Shown here piece by piece: positions 12,765-26,269 of a stretch of DNA of 64,000 nucleotides. Positions within the stretch are counted from its first letter, which is position 1. The number at the start of each line of letters is the position of its first letter. The notes beneath the pieces are model-generated. The model did not search any database. It was not told the origin of the DNA and saw only the letters and a program-made list of their open reading frames with translations. The stretch covers positions 248,001-312,000 of the forward strand of contig JAXLNO010000062.1 in assembly GCA_038087875.1 (NCBI GenBank), given 5' to 3'. The stretch is from Malacoraja senta. Lineage: Eukaryota. A program made the translations under genes and the position numbers.

Positions 12765-14400
12765 TCATCATCTCAAGTTAGCCAGTTTGTGAAACAGAGA
12801 CAACTGTCTTTTCTTTGGATTTGGATGCAGCAGTTGTTTGACTAATGTACGCTTCAAAATTTGCACTGTGCGTTCTGCTGCTCCATTTGAAGCGGAATGG
12901 TATGGAGTGACTCTAGTGTGTTTTACACCATTCCATTTCATGAATTGTGTAAACTCTTGTGAACAGAATTGACGTCCGTTATCAGACACAATTTCTTCTG
13001 GAAATCCATAGGACGCAAACAATCCTCGCAAAATGTCTATCGTTTTGCTGGTTGTCGTTTTGTTCATTGGAAACACCTCAGCCCACTTGGAGTGACTATC
13101 AATCACAATGAACAATTCTTGTCCATCTAACTCTGCACCAGGCCACCAGAGATAGCTTCTAGCTAGACTCTTTGTTAGACACATTCACAAATGCTGATTA
13201 TGAAGATCTCCTAGCAATTTTACTCTGTATCTTTCAGGGATTACAACTCTTGCTCCCCACATGACACACCCTTGGTCTACTGAGACTTCATTCCTACGTA
13301 CAAAAAATGGTTTCAGTTCTGCCTCTGAATCCGGCAATTTGTTTGGCCATCCATTTGTAACATATTCCTGCACTCTTGACAAAAGTCTGTCAGTGCGAGT
13401 AGCCTTCCGAATGTCCCCTGAAGTGATAGGTAACTCATCTACATGAAAGAAATAAAACACGTTCTCTCTGTTTGGGGTAACCTCCAATTCCAAAGGTAAT
13501 CTAGATATGGCGTCAGCATTGCTGATACTGGTATGCAGACAATATCAATGCCCATCTTTGCATTCTGGCTGCTGCCAGAGTTGGTATGTGTGCTTTTGGA
13601 TTTAGGATCAATGTCAATGGCTGGTGATCTGTCTCGATTACAAACCTTCTACCATACAAATATTTGTGAAACCTTCCTAACTCCAAAAATGAATGCAAGA
13701 TCCTCTCGCTCTATTTGCGTATAACTTCTCTCACTGCGAGAGTGTTCTAGACGCAAATGCTAGAGGCCTCTCCTCTCCATTTTCTAGCATGAGAGATCAC
13801 AGCACCAACACCGTATGGTGAAGCATCACATGCTAACTTCATTGGATTATTTGCATCGTAATGAACAAGTATTGTACTCTCTGCCAACTGAGCTTTACAT
13901 CACTTGAAAGCTTGGTCACATTCATGTGTCCACTTCCATGGTACATCTTTTCTCAAGAGCTTGTTCAAGGGATGTAAACAGGTGGACAGACTTGGCACGA
14001 ACTTCCCACAATAATGCACTTATCCTAAATAGGATTGTATCTCAGATATGTTTCTGGGAGTGGGCGCATTCTTGATCGCATCAACTTTACCCTTGGTGGG
14101 GTATAGACCATCCTTGTCTATCTTATGACCCAAGTCCTCTACCGAGTTCTGAAAGAACTCACACTTTTGTGCCTTCACTCTTACACTGTGTGTCTCAAGG
14201 CGTTTGAGTATCACTTTCAACCTTTCATCATGTGTCTGCCTCTCAGGGGCTGAGATGAGGATGTCATCCAAGTAACACACCACACCTTCAATTCCCTCTC
14301 GAATTTGTGTCATAAACCCTTGAAAAATCCCTGGGTCTGATGATATGCCAAATGGGAGTATTGAACTGAAACAATCCCAAATGCGTGTTGATAGTCAGGT
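12765..14400 (-). mobile_element. Gypsy/Ty3 LTR-retrotransposon pol fragment (RT, RNase H, integrase), degenerate
   Basis: CYLDDILI, ETDHQPL, AAARMQRWAL, IVIDSHSKW, IVSDNG and SNGAAER motifs. Confidence 0.92.
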
Positions 14401-14689
14401 TGGATTTCAATTCTCTCTAAACTAAACTAATCTAAAACAAACTAAAGGAAGCTGTCCAGCCATTCGAAACTGAATGTCCTCCTCCTTTAACCAGACGGAT
14501 TCTCCTTCGGCGAGGAGTTGAATCATTTGTGGCTCTACGACACCACCCTATGAAAATTGATTGCCGTGTTTGCTACCATCATCAACACTTCAAACGTAGT
14601 TAGCTGGCCAAAGCATCAAGGAATATTCCCATTTGATCGTATGGCACAATAGAAATGCAACTGATATCCCAGTCCAAGTAGAACCAAAC

Positions 14690-14784
14690 CTTAGCTCAGC
14701 CAATTCATTCTTGCAGGAGGACGGATCTTGGTCTCTGCACTCCTGCTGTTTTGATTGCCGAAAGGTTTCCAGTTCTTCCTTTTC
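14690..14784 (-). pseudogene. Giantin-like exon (EKEELETFRQSKQQECRDQDPSSCKNELAELR)
   Basis: 95 bp, ttttgcag acceptor, AG|gtttgg donor. Confidence 0.65.
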
Positions 14785-15104
14785 CTGCAAAATGAAAATA
14801 GTGCTCAATCTTTATACACACATGAATGCAAAACATGATTACAACATATCTTTGCTGTGTCCATCTTGGAAACTTTTAAATTAAAATATAAAAACACAAA
14901 TATTTAGTCATCATATCCATCCTGAGGAACAAGTCCCATCAATGAGCAATGTCATGGCTTCATCTTTAGTACCTTGAGATTTAGTATCCTGCTCAATTTA
15001 TTAATTGATGCAAGGGCTTGTTTCCGTGCATGTCATTAGTAAATGAAAGTGCTCTTTTAAAAAGTCCCTTCTAAGATTTGTGCTTAAAAAACATTAATTT
15101 CTAC

Positions 15105-18100
15105 CTTGAGATCATTTTTGCCTTACTTTAAGTTTCCGAATATCCTCCAGACATCTGTCTCTCACCGTCTGTACTGCCAACAACGTTTTCTCAAAAGATT
15201 CTGCCCGAGAAGCAACTTCCTTGTTCTCATTAATAATATCCAAAAGTCTTTGCTCCATCACTGACAATCCCACCAACTATTCTTCAGGTTTCTCCTGCAC
15301 TATTCCATCAACACTTTCAGACATTTTAACTCCCGCCTTTACTTGAGCCAGATTTTCAAATTCAGTTCATATATTTTCAATTCTTTTAAGTCAGCTCTTC
15401 TAATATTAGTTTTATTTTTTTAGTTCTTCGCATTCCAGAGTTTTAGTTTTAAGTTGTGGTGAAGCTCTTGAATTAATTGCCTCTCATTTGTTTCATTTTT
15501 ATCCTCTACTTTTTAGAAACCAATAGCCTTGAGCTCTGTAAGCTGTTCCAAAATTCGCAGATTTTCTTCTTGCAAGGACTTTAGGCTTTCATTATTTTGT
15601 TTAAGGGGTCCTTGTGCAACTTTCCATTGCTCTTTGAAGATGAATTTCTCATTCTCAAGATTCTTAATTTGCTGTTGTTGCTTTTGCTTCAAAGACAGGA
15701 CCTAGTTTAGCTCCTCCCTGTACTTAACCAACTGTGCTTTTAGCAGTGCGTTGTCAGAATTGAGGTCATCCATCTGGTTGAGAAAACTTCCGATCTCTTG
15801 CTTCAGTTCATTGTTTTCTCCTGAATGATGCTATCTTTCTGGCAAAGCATGTCGAGATGCCATTGTTTCAGCTCCGTGTATTCTGAAAAGATGCGGTCTC
15901 GGTCATCTTGCAAGGAGGCCATCGATTTTGAGAAGGCACCCGTCTGGCTAACAGCTTTGTCTTTTTCTTTACTAACCTTAACAAGTTGGACCTCCAGCTC
16001 TTTCATGGCTCTGGCTCCTTTCTGGTTATCTTGTTGGAGAATCCTCAAATTCTTTTCGTAGTCATCTATTTGCTTTCCATGTTGCTGCTGGATTTCCACT
16101 AGATAGTCAGAAATCTCTGTCTTTTGATGAGACAAGCTTTGAGAACTCTGCATCCTTACTGCTCAACATTAGCTTCGACTGCTGGGAAATGGCTCTCAAT
16201 TTCCAAGGTTGCTGCAACCACTCTGTCTCTGTTCCGTTCCAGCAAATCCAGTTTATCCTGATACCTCAATATTTCTTTCTGATTAATTGTATTCTGTTGA
16301 TCTAAAATCTCAAGTGGTTCCTTCTCCTTCTGAGTAATTTGAGCTTTTGTCTTCTCTTCGTTCTTCCGAAGATCTTCTGTGAACCCTAAGCACTGCATTC
16401 GAGCACCTTTAGTTTCAGTTCTGGTGTCTTGGAGCAAGACTTTATAAGATGCAAGTTATTTTTGAACAAGTTTGACGCCTTTCAGACTCGGAAGCTTTTG
16501 TAGTCATAGACTAGTCTCTTGCTCATTTCATCACAGGTAGATTCCGATGTTTTGACACGTCACTCTAAATCCAAAATGAGCTCCTGGTACTTGATGCAGT
16601 CCTTCTGCAAAATCATTATTTCCAGGTGCTTCTCTTTTAACAGTTCTCGAAGCTCCTTGGTCTCACCTTTGAACGAGGTATTACCCCTCCAAGCAGACCG
16701 AAGCCGCACTTCAAATTCTATCACCAGTTTTATTTCCTGTACCTCTTTTTCTTTGATCAGATGACGTTTCTCTGCTCTGAAGCAGTCCAATTCATTGACA
16801 AGTGAATTATTTTGCATATGAAGTGCCTTCCATGCTTCAGTTAAGTGATCTATCTTGTCAACATTTTAAAGTAATTCTGCCTCCAAATACTCTCTCTCAT
16901 TTTTTACCTTTTCTGACATTTCCTGGAAATTATCAAGTTCTTCCTGGAGAAGAGATTTGTCATCCTCTAAAATGTTGACTTTTTTCATTTAAATTCATAG
17001 TCTCCTGCCGCCAAGCTTTTATTTCTTGTTCAAGCTGTGAAACTATATTGTTTTTTTCATGTGTCTCGGGAGTGCGGCGCACTCTAATTGTCTAAGCTTC
17101 TGAGACAACAATGGTCCTACTTGCCCTGTAGTGTGAACCTTTCCTTCCTTCAGCAGAGGTTGGTCCTCCAGTGATTTAATGACAGTGGTTCAATAAAATC
17201 AGCCAGATAAGGATCATCCTCACTCTGCAACTCCTCTATGATGGATATGGATGAATTAAGTTCATTCAGCAGAAGCTGCCCCTCTTTTGGGTTTTGTCAA
17301 ACTCTGCTTTAAGATCATGATAAGTTTGCTTCAGTGATTTGCTTTCCTCCTGGAGCTGGTTGTACTGGGTAGACAATTTGCTTGCATGACTCTGCTTTGC
17401 GATAGTAGTTTGTAACTCGCTGCTAATTCTTTCAATCTCTTCCTCAAGCGCCTGAACTCGCTGCTGCTTGGATTTTGTAAACTTTCTCATTTGGCCTTTA
17501 TTTTATTCATTTTCGGCACCAGCTTCCTCAAGCTGCCTCTCCATGTTTTGTCGTTTGGCTTCTATATCGCAGAGCTTGAACATCACCTCCTGTTTCTCTT
17601 TTCTTGCCGTCTCAACTATTTGCCTCATCTTATCCATCTCATTGCTGATATTTTAGTAGGATTGCAAAAGGGATTCATATTTGTGCTTTAATTCATCGTG
17701 CTTTGTCTTCCACTGACAACTCTGCCATCTGGGAGTTTTTCAGTGAATCCAACTGTTGAGAATATTGTTGCTTCTCATGAGTTAGGATGTCCAGTGTATG
17801 CTTTAGACTTTCACAGGCAACGTTTAGGTTCTGTATCCCTGTGGATATACGATCAGCTTCGGAGAGAAGCCTCTGCCTCTCCTCCTCTTTGCAAGCTGCT
17901 GCGTGCCCCTTTATTTGAGAAAGACAATTCCTTTTCCTTAATAACACATTTCAACCTCTCAGCTTCAGAACTGGCAGCTGCCAATTGTGCTCTAAGTTGT
18001 GAAACGGTGTCGTCCATTTCAGAATGAACCGTCCTGAGTTTGACACAATCTTCCACTTTACAGACCAGTAGAAAGTTTCTCTCCTCGATGGTGTGTTTCA

Positions 18101-18718
18101 GTTTGTGAGTTTTCAAGGTCGTCTTGGATTTGACTTTGAAGTATGGTCATGGTTTCCATGTTTTGCATGGATTGCATTTCCAGGGCTTGGTGTTCTGCAG
18201 CTTTCCTCTGGAGATGTCCAAGCTCATCTCCCTGCTGTTGCAGGGATTTATCTTTTTCTTGCAGAGTCTGCTTAAGCTGACCACCTGCACACACCAGAAC
18301 TTGCTCCTGATGTTGCAACCCTGAAATCATCTGCATATATTGGCCCAACTGCTCAAGTTTTGGCTTGGAGCTGTTGCAGTAAATTTGCTTGCTGATTCAA
18401 TGACATCACCAACTTTAAATTCACCAACTTTACTTTGAAATGCAGACTTCATCTCTTCAAGTTCTGCTTTAAGCCTACAATTTTCAGTGTTGAATGCCTG
18501 TGCCTGATCCCGCACAAGATGTGTTGCGAGTTCATTCTCATTCACCTTCCCCTGCAGTTGACTGCGCTCAGCAGTCCACAAAGACGTGTGAAGTTCTTTA
18601 TTCTCATTCTGAAGACTTTCTTTATCAATATTCAGTGCATTTGTTTCTGCAACAAGACAACTCTATCAGTTTTCTGTTCAAGTTGGCCCTGCAAGTCATG
18701 ACCTTCAGCAGACCTTTT
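15105..18718 (-). pseudogene. Giantin-like large coiled-coil exon, fragmented by stops and frameshifts
   Basis: E/K/Q/L-rich ORF pieces in all three minus frames (15803-16153, 16156-16437, 16560-16817, 17266-17490, 17693-17947, 17853-18116, 18058-18348, 18327-18581). Donor AAG|gtagaa at 15105; 5' boundary approximate. Confidence 0.85.
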
Positions 18719-19149
18719 CTATGTTAACACGTTTATATTAATTTTATTCTTAACGTGTTAACATAGTATAACTTACAAGAAAACTTCCACCACCGGGGCG
18801 AAACCGGGGGCTCCACAGTTGGTCATTCATTTGTTCGTGCCGCTGCCCGCTGGTTCAGCCTTCTCCAAGATCTATTTAAGAAAGAACTGCAGATGCTGGA
18901 AAAATCGAAGTAGACAAAAAATGCTGGAGAAACTCAGCGGGTGTGGCAGCATCTACGGAGGAAAGCATCTATAGGCGACGTATCGGGTCGAGACCCTTCT
19001 TCAGACTGATGGGGGGGGCGGTAAAAAGAAAGGAAGAGGCGGAGACAGTAGGACTAGAAGGAGAACTGAGGAGGGGGATGGGGAGGAGGGAGAAAACAAG
19101 GGCTATATAAAATTAGAGAATGTTGATACCGCTGGGGTGTAGACTACCC

Positions 19150-19356
19150 AAATGACAACCAATGCTGTGGGGAGATATGTTGCCAATGTGGTCATCGGTA
19201 CACTGGAGGCAGATCAACCATCAAAAGAGTATTTGTTGACATCGGAAGTATTGGAGAAGTCAAACAGCTCAACTATTGCTCAGTTGTTTACATCTTCACT
19301 TGCTGTACTTTGGCCAAAAGGTATAAAACATGAGAATGTTCTTCTGTTTGTGACTT
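19150..19356 (+). mobile_element. hAT-like (DUF659/CGGBP1-type) transposase fragment
   Basis: TTNAVGRYVANVVIGTLE...LWPKGIKHENVLLFVT resembles the DETTD..GRYVANV and VLLFxTD blocks of this transposase group. Confidence 0.6.
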
Positions 19357-20034
19357 AAAAGTTTTATTCCCTCATAAATAATAGTATCCTAAATAATAAT
19401 AGAAACGTTTACTTCCTTGCACATGAATTCACAATACAGTTGTCCCACAGAACAACAAAGTTGCTGTATTATCAACCCTTTAAATTTCCCAAATGTAGTT
19501 ACTTGGTATCAAGCTAAAATGAATTCACGAACGCTCTACTCATTTGCTTTGATGTATTTTAAATACTTCCCTTGAAAAATACAGATCCGTAAATTATCGG
19601 CAGTAACAGAGACAGAGATACTGTGCACACTGGATGGAACCCAATGACTATTAACACCAAACATGAAAAATGGGAGTTAAAATTGATCAGGTTGTCACAA
19701 CCCCAGAAGCCATCATTTTGCCCATCATGTCCAAAACTGATCTTTAATTTGAACTGTTCAAATGTTTATATATAAAGGGGTAAATTCAGTAAAATGACAA
19801 ATATTGCTGTACTTTCCAAATTTGTCAGTGATTTCCAAAAGTATACTTCTGTCTCTATTGATGTCATTTTACTTTTAATATTAGAAATTGAACATGTGCC
19901 TGATATAATGCTTTCTCCTTGTATGAGGCCATCCATCTCAGTCCATCTTATAATGGCATGAAAATTGAGTTGAAGGCTTTCTCAGTTTAGCAAATCTCAG
20001 TATATATTTACCTTCTCAAAACTACTGAAGGCTT

Positions 20035-20330
20035 TAGATTTTCGAGATGCAGCAGGGAAACAGGCCCTTCGGCCCAATGAGTCCAGGCCGACCAGCGATC
20101 ACCCTGGACACTATCCTGCACACTAGGGACAATTTACAATTTTTACCCAAGCCAATTAACCTGCAAACCTGTACGCCTTTGGAGTGTTGGAGGAAACAGT
20201 AGCACTCGGAGAAAACCCACGTGGTCACGGGGAGAACGTACAAACTCGGTACAGACAGCACCAGTAGTCAGTATCGAACCCGGGTGTCTGGTGCTGTAAG
20301 GCAGCAACTCTACCACTGTGGCACTGTGCT
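20035..20330 (-). mobile_element. V-SINE (HE1-like)
   Basis: Reverse complement of the same SINE. Further copies at ~30125-30410(-), 38660-38980(-), 40710-41010(-), 44875-45085(+) and 63138-63425(+). Confidence 0.8.
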
Positions 20331-20487
20331 TTCCCCCCCCCCCCATCCAAACAGAAAACTATTTTATTCAACCTTGGCAAGGCTTAAAATTAATAGCAGC
20401 GTAAAATGTCGAGTGAACTCAAGCATTAAATTTCCACAGATATTTAAAATCAAAGATTAAACTGAAAGTGTCAGACTGAGCACATAC

Positions 20488-20660
20488 CCTAAGCTTTTGG
20501 CCAGCTGTGGTCTGCTTTGTCCATCCTTGATCCTCTCCTCGTCTCTGAAGTTCCCCCAGTTCCTCCTCCAGCTCCTGCAGTTCTGAGATCAAATCTGGAT
20601 CAGAGCCGCCAGGAAAGAACCAGTTATCCTCAATCAGTTTTGTGCCACCAGATGACACAT
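20488..20660 (-). pseudogene. Giantin-like exon (SSGGTKLIEDNWFFPGGSDPDLISELQELEEELGELQ...GQKLR)
   Basis: Open coiled-coil frame ending at AGG|gtatgt donor. The acceptor was not clearly identified, so the 5' boundary is approximate. Confidence 0.6.
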
Positions 20661-21264
20661 CATTCAGAAAGACAGCATGGACACAGACACAATATAGACT
20701 GATTGGACCCTAGTGACCATCACTACCTTGTGGCTTCCCCAAGTTAAGATGCTAGTTTCTGACCGGTCTAAAACACCTTGCAGCTGGCTGGCTGGCTTTA
20801 AATTTTAAAAGCTTGCAGTAACAAAGCTAAATTTACATCACTGGTATTCCAGAGACAACTAATACCAATACTGATTTACGTATTGATATTATTTCAGTAT
20901 TTCTTCAGGAGAACCTGCAAATCCATGAATAAACTGAGTGAAGCCTGTGTAGTGACCATTTGGACAAAAAGGTAAGTGTTCTACCTTTGTAATTACCAAT
21001 GTAAATAAAGCTGGACAAAATTATTGTCAGCATGGATTTTGATGCTGAAAGTTAAAACGTTAGAATTCCAGCTTTAAAAAGTCGACAGTAGCCTTTGTCT
21101 CGACTGAAATATGGACAACAAACAGATCCCTAAATAGAGGTGCACTCGACTTTCAAGTCATCAAGATCACTAATCAAGTCATTCACTTCTTAAATATTTT
21201 AAATTAAAACAAAGTAAACTGCATGATTTGTTCCAAGTGAGAACCAGAGAGTACCACAATTTAC

Positions 21265-21409
21265 CTTCTCTTTCTTCCTCAAGTTGCCTCATTCTTAATT
21301 CCATGACAGTCCTCTCATCGTTGTCATGGCTCGGTGTTGGCTTATAAACCATTTCTCGCCACTTCATCAGGCAGCTGTGCAGTTCCTCTGCAGATTCAGA
21401 TTCATTTGT
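21265..21409 (-). pseudogene. Giantin-like exon (TNESESAEELHSCLMKWREMV...MELRMRQLEEERE)
   Basis: 145 bp, ctgtag acceptor, AAG|gtaaat donor, phase 0-1. Confidence 0.8.
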
Positions 21410-22092
21410 CTACAGACACATTACACACAAAGCAACATCATCCACTCATCTAACTGGCCAATTAGATGCTTGATGCCATAAGAAACAGAAGCACTGAGAC
21501 ATGATACAAGAGTAATGATTCTGTATGTTTGCCTCCCGGACATATTTGATTCAAAAAATAGCAAGCTGATTTGTAATTTAGAGTTATTCAGCAAGATGAC
21601 CAGAGGTGTGATCAGCATTAAAAAGTGAATTTCATGGTGAAAAATATAGTTTGCAAAAAGGTTACCCTTTTTTATTCTCTGCTGGAAATGATTTGATGAT
21701 TTCAGTGATTTTCAGATATAAGTAAATTTATTTTAATTCTCTTTAAGATAAATGAACCATTGGGCAATGAAGCACTGACTTGTTCCTTTTAATGTACACC
21801 TTCAAGACATATTGTTACATGTCATTGGAATTGCAAGTTGTAGAATTGGATAATTGGAAACTTTTATTACATAAAATCAGCCCTTGAGTCTTATTCGTTC
21901 TATCAAGTGATCATGGCTGATTAGATCTTTGATCTAAACATTTACCTAATCCCCATAACCCTCAATTTTCCTGCAGAGTAAAAGTTTAGCTGGCTAACCC
22001 TTGAATATACTGAATGGTTGTCCACCCACAGCTCTGGAGGGTAAAGAATTCAAAAGATTCTCAACCCTCAGAGGAGAAATGTCAAGTATTTT

Positions 22093-25000
22093 GGATCCGT
22101 CTTCACCGAGGAGGACACAAACAATCTTCCTGATGTACTAGTGGCCAAAGGATCTGGGGTGACAGAGGCACTGAAGGAAATCCACATTAGGCTGGAAATG
22201 GTGTTGGGTAGACTGATGGGACTGAAGGCTGATCAATCCCCAGGGCCTGATGGTCTGCATCCCAGGGTACATTCAGAGACCAGCAGAGGAGGACAAAGGG
22301 CTTAATTAGGAAAGGAAAAATAGATTATGAAAGAAAACTGGCAGGGAAAATAAAAACTGACTGCAAAAGTTTTTATAGATATGTGAAAAGAAAGAGATTA
22401 GTTAAAACAAATGTAGGTCCCTTGCAGTCAGAAACAGGTGAGTTCATCATGGGGAACAAGGATATGGCGGACCAATTAAATAACTACTTTGGTTCCGTCT
22501 TCACTAAGGAAGACATAAATAATCTGCCGGAAATAGCAGGGGACCGCGGGTCAAAGGAGTTGGAGGAATTGAGTGAAATCCAGGTTAGTCGGGAAGTGGT
22601 GTTGGGTAAATTGAATGGATTAAAGCCAGATAAATCCCCAGGGCCAGATAGGCTGCATCCCAGAGTACTTAAGGAAGTAGCTCCAGAAATAGTGGATGCA
22701 TTAGTAATAATCTTTCAAAACTCTTTAGATTCTGGAGTAGTTCCTGAGGATTTGCGGGTAGCAAACGTAACCCCACTTTTTAAGAAGGGAGGGAGAGAGA
22801 AAACGTGGAATTACAGACCAGTTAGTCTAACATCGGTAGTGGGGAAACTGCTAGAGTCAGTTATTAAAGATGGGATAGCAGCACATTTGGAAAGTGGTGA
22901 AATTATTGGACAAAGTCAGCATGGATTTACGAAAGGTAAACCATGTCTGACGAATCTTATAGATTTTTTCGAGGATGTAACTAGTAGCGTGGATAGGGGA
23001 GAACCAGTAGATGTGGTGTATCTGGACTTCCAGAAGGCTTTCGACAAGGACCCACATAAGAGATTAGTATACAAACTTAAAGCACATGGCATTGGGGGTT
23101 CAGTATTGATGTGGATAGAGAACTGGCTGGCAAACAGGAAGCAAAGAGTAGGAGTAAACGGGTCCTTTTCACAATGGCAGGCAGTGACTAGTGGGGTACC
23201 GCAAGGCTCAGTGCTGGGACCCCAGCTATTTACAATATATATTAATGAACTGGATGAGGGAATTGAAGGCAATATCTCCAAGTTTGCGGATGACACTAAG
23301 CTGGGGGGCAGTGTTAGCTGTGAGGAGGATGCTAGGAGACTGCAAGGTGACTTGGATAGGCTGGGTGAGTGGGCAAATGTTTGGCAGATGCAGTATAATG
23401 TGGATAAATGTGAGGTTATCCATTTTGGTGGCAAAAACAGGAAAGCAGACTATTATCTAAATAGTGGCCGACTAGGAAAAGGGGAGATGCAGCGAGACCT
23501 GGGTGTCATGGTACACCAGTCATTGAAAGTAGGCATGCAGGTGCAGCAGGCAGTGAAGAAATCGAATGGTATGTTAGCTTTCATACCAAAAGGATTTGAG
23601 TGTAGGAGCAGGGAGGTTCTACTGCAGTTGTACAGGGTCTTGGTGAGACCACACCTGGAGTATTGCGTACAGTTTTGGTCTCCAAATCTGAGGAAGGACC
23701 TTATAACCATAGAGGGAGTGCAGAGAAGGTTCACCAGACTGATTCCTGGGATGTCAGGACTGTCTTATGAAGAAAGACTGGATAGACTTGGTTTATACTC
23801 TCTAGAATTTAGGAGATTGAGAGGGGATCTTATAGAAACGTAAAAAATTCTTAAGGGGTTGGACAGGCTAGATGCAGGAACATTGCTCCCGATGTTGGGG
23901 AAGTCCAGGACAAGGGGTCACAGCTTAAGGATAAGGGGGAAATCCTTAAAAACCGAGATGAGAAGAACTTTTTTCACACAGAGAGTGGTGAATCTCCGGA
24001 ACTCTCTGCCACAGAGGGTAGTCGAGGCCAGTTCATTGGCTATATTTAAGAGGGAGTTAGATGTGGCCCTTGTGGCTAAAGGGATCAGAGGGTATGGAGA
24101 GAAGGCAGGTACGGGATACTGAGTTGGATGATCAGCCATGATCATATTGAATGGAGGTGCAGGCTCGAAGGGCCGAATGGCCTACTCCTGCACCTAATTT
24201 CTATGTTTCTATGTTTCTATGTACTTAAGAAAGTGCTTCTAGAAATCATGGACACATTGGTGTTAATTTTTCAATGTTCTATAGATTCAGGATCAGTTCC
24301 TGTGGATTAGGGTGTAGCTAATGTTACCCCAATTTATAAGAAAGGCAGGAGAGAGAAAACAGGGAATTATAGACCAGTTAACCTGACATTGATGGCGGAG
24401 AAGATGCTGGAGTCAATTATAAAAGATGAAATAGCAGCATATTTGGATAGCAGTAACAGGATCAGGCCAAGTTAGCATGGATTTACGAAGGGGAAATCAT
24501 GCTTGACTAATCTTCAGGAATTTTTTGAGGATGTAACTGGGAAAATGGGCAAGGAAGAGCCAGTGGATGTAGTGTACCTGGACTTTCAGAAACCATTAGG
24601 TAGGGTAAAATTTGATAGGAGATTAGTGGGCAAAATTAGGGCACATGGTATTGGGTCTAGAGTGCTGACATGGCTAGAAAATTGGTTGGCAGACAGGTAA
24701 CAAAAAGTAGGGATTAACGGGTCGCTTTCAGAATGGCAGGCAGTGGCTAGTGGGGTACTGCAAGGCTCTGCGCAGCTATTTACAATATACATGAATGATT
24801 TAGATGAAGGGATTCAAAGTAACATTAGCAAATTTGCAGATGACACAAAGCTGGGTGGCAGTGTGAATTGTAAGGAGGATGGTATGAGAATGCATTGTGA
24901 CTTGGACAGGTTGGGGGAGTGGGCAGATGCATGGCAGATGCATTTTAATGTGAATAAATGTGAGGTTATCCACTTTGGTAGCAAAAACAGGAAGGCAGAT

Positions 25001-25685
25001 TATTATCTAAATAGTGTCAAGTTGGGAAAAGGGAAAGTACAACGGGATCCGAGGGTCCTTGTTCATCAGTCAATGAAAGTAAGCATGCACGTACAGCAGG
25101 CAGTGAAGAAAGCAAATGGCATGTTTGCCTTCACAACAAGAGGAGTTGAGTATAGGAGCAAAGGGGTCCTTCTGCAATTGTATAGGGCCCTAGTGAGACC
25201 ACACCTGGAGAACTGTGTACAGTTTTGGTCCCATAATTTGAGGAACTCCATTCTTGCTATTGAGGGAGTGCAGCGTAGGTTTACAAGGTTAATTCCCGGG
25301 ATGGCGGGACAGTCATATGCTGAGAGAATGGAGCAGCTAGGTTGTATACTCTGGAGTTTAGAAGGATGTGAGGAGATCTTATTGAAACATATAAGATTAT
25401 TAACGGTTTGGATACACTAGAGGCAGGAAACATGTTCCTGATGTTGGGGGAGTCCAGAACCAGGGGCCACAGTTTAAGAATAAGGGGTAAGTCATTTAGA
25501 ACAGAGATGTGGAAACACTTTTTCACACAGAGAGTTGTGAGTCTGTGGAATTCTCTGCCTCAGAAGGAGATGGTGGCCGGTTCCCTGGATACTTTCAGGA
25601 GCGAGCTAGAAAGAGCTCTTAAAGATAGCGGAGTCAGGGGATATAGGGAGAAGGCAGGAACGGGCTACTGATTGGGGATGATCAG
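22093..25685 (+). mobile_element. CR1 LINE (older copy: 22093-22270 and 24221-25685) interrupted by a younger CR1
   Basis: Sequence continues as catcccagggtac|ttaagaaagtg across the insert; RT motifs with stops. Confidence 0.85.
22271..24220 (+). mobile_element. 5'-truncated CR1 LINE with near-intact RT ORF (22383-23843, 486 aa)
   Basis: Continuous RT domain (YLDFQKAFDK, GVPQGSVLGP, FADDTKL); (TTTCTATG)n tail; GTAC duplication at 22267 and 24221. Confidence 0.93.
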
Positions 25686-26177
25686 AGGTGAGAGGAGAAG
25701 GCAGGAGAATGGGGTTAGGAGGGAGTAATTGATCAGCCATGATTGAATGGTGGGGTAGACTTGATGGGCCGAATGACCTAATTCTACTCCTATTCCTTAT
25801 GACCGTATAATATTAATAGGTAAAATTACCCAAACTAGATTAAAAAGACTGGAACTTCCCCAACCACACTAGCTAATTCAGTAGACTGTCTCCATGTCCA
25901 AGGTGTGTGGTAATGCATACAGAAACCATCTGGTGTGGAAGCAAATAGCACCCCTCAGATGCAAGCATCAATCCAAAAAGTAAGGATGATAATAGAAAAG
26001 AGCAAAATAAAAACTTACTTAAATGATCCATTTAAAAAATAATCTGAATAAGCAACATAAAAGACAATGTAATATTAATTAGCAGGATACTTGAGACGGT
26101 TGAATCTGTGCAGAATGCGCACACTTGGAATTAAGATTGTACATGGAGGAATTAAATGCAGCACAAATTCTCCCAAC

Positions 26178-26269
26178 CTGGGAAGTTGCTCCCTTGGTAG
26201 CTTGTTCTAAATCTGCTTGCATTTTCTGTTGTTGCTCTTCATATTGTTCCAATTTTGCTTGAAGATCCT
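26178..26269 (-). pseudogene. Giantin-like exon (EDLQAKLEQYEEQQQKMQADLEQATKGATSQ)
   Basis: 92 bp, ttacag acceptor, CAG|gttggg donor, phase 1-0. Confidence 0.8.

Noticed and set aside
14433..14587. Possible additional giantin-like exon (QLLAEGESVWLKEEDIQ)
   Set aside because: Plausible position, but it needs a frameshift and the donor is unclear next to the Gypsy junction; not called separately.
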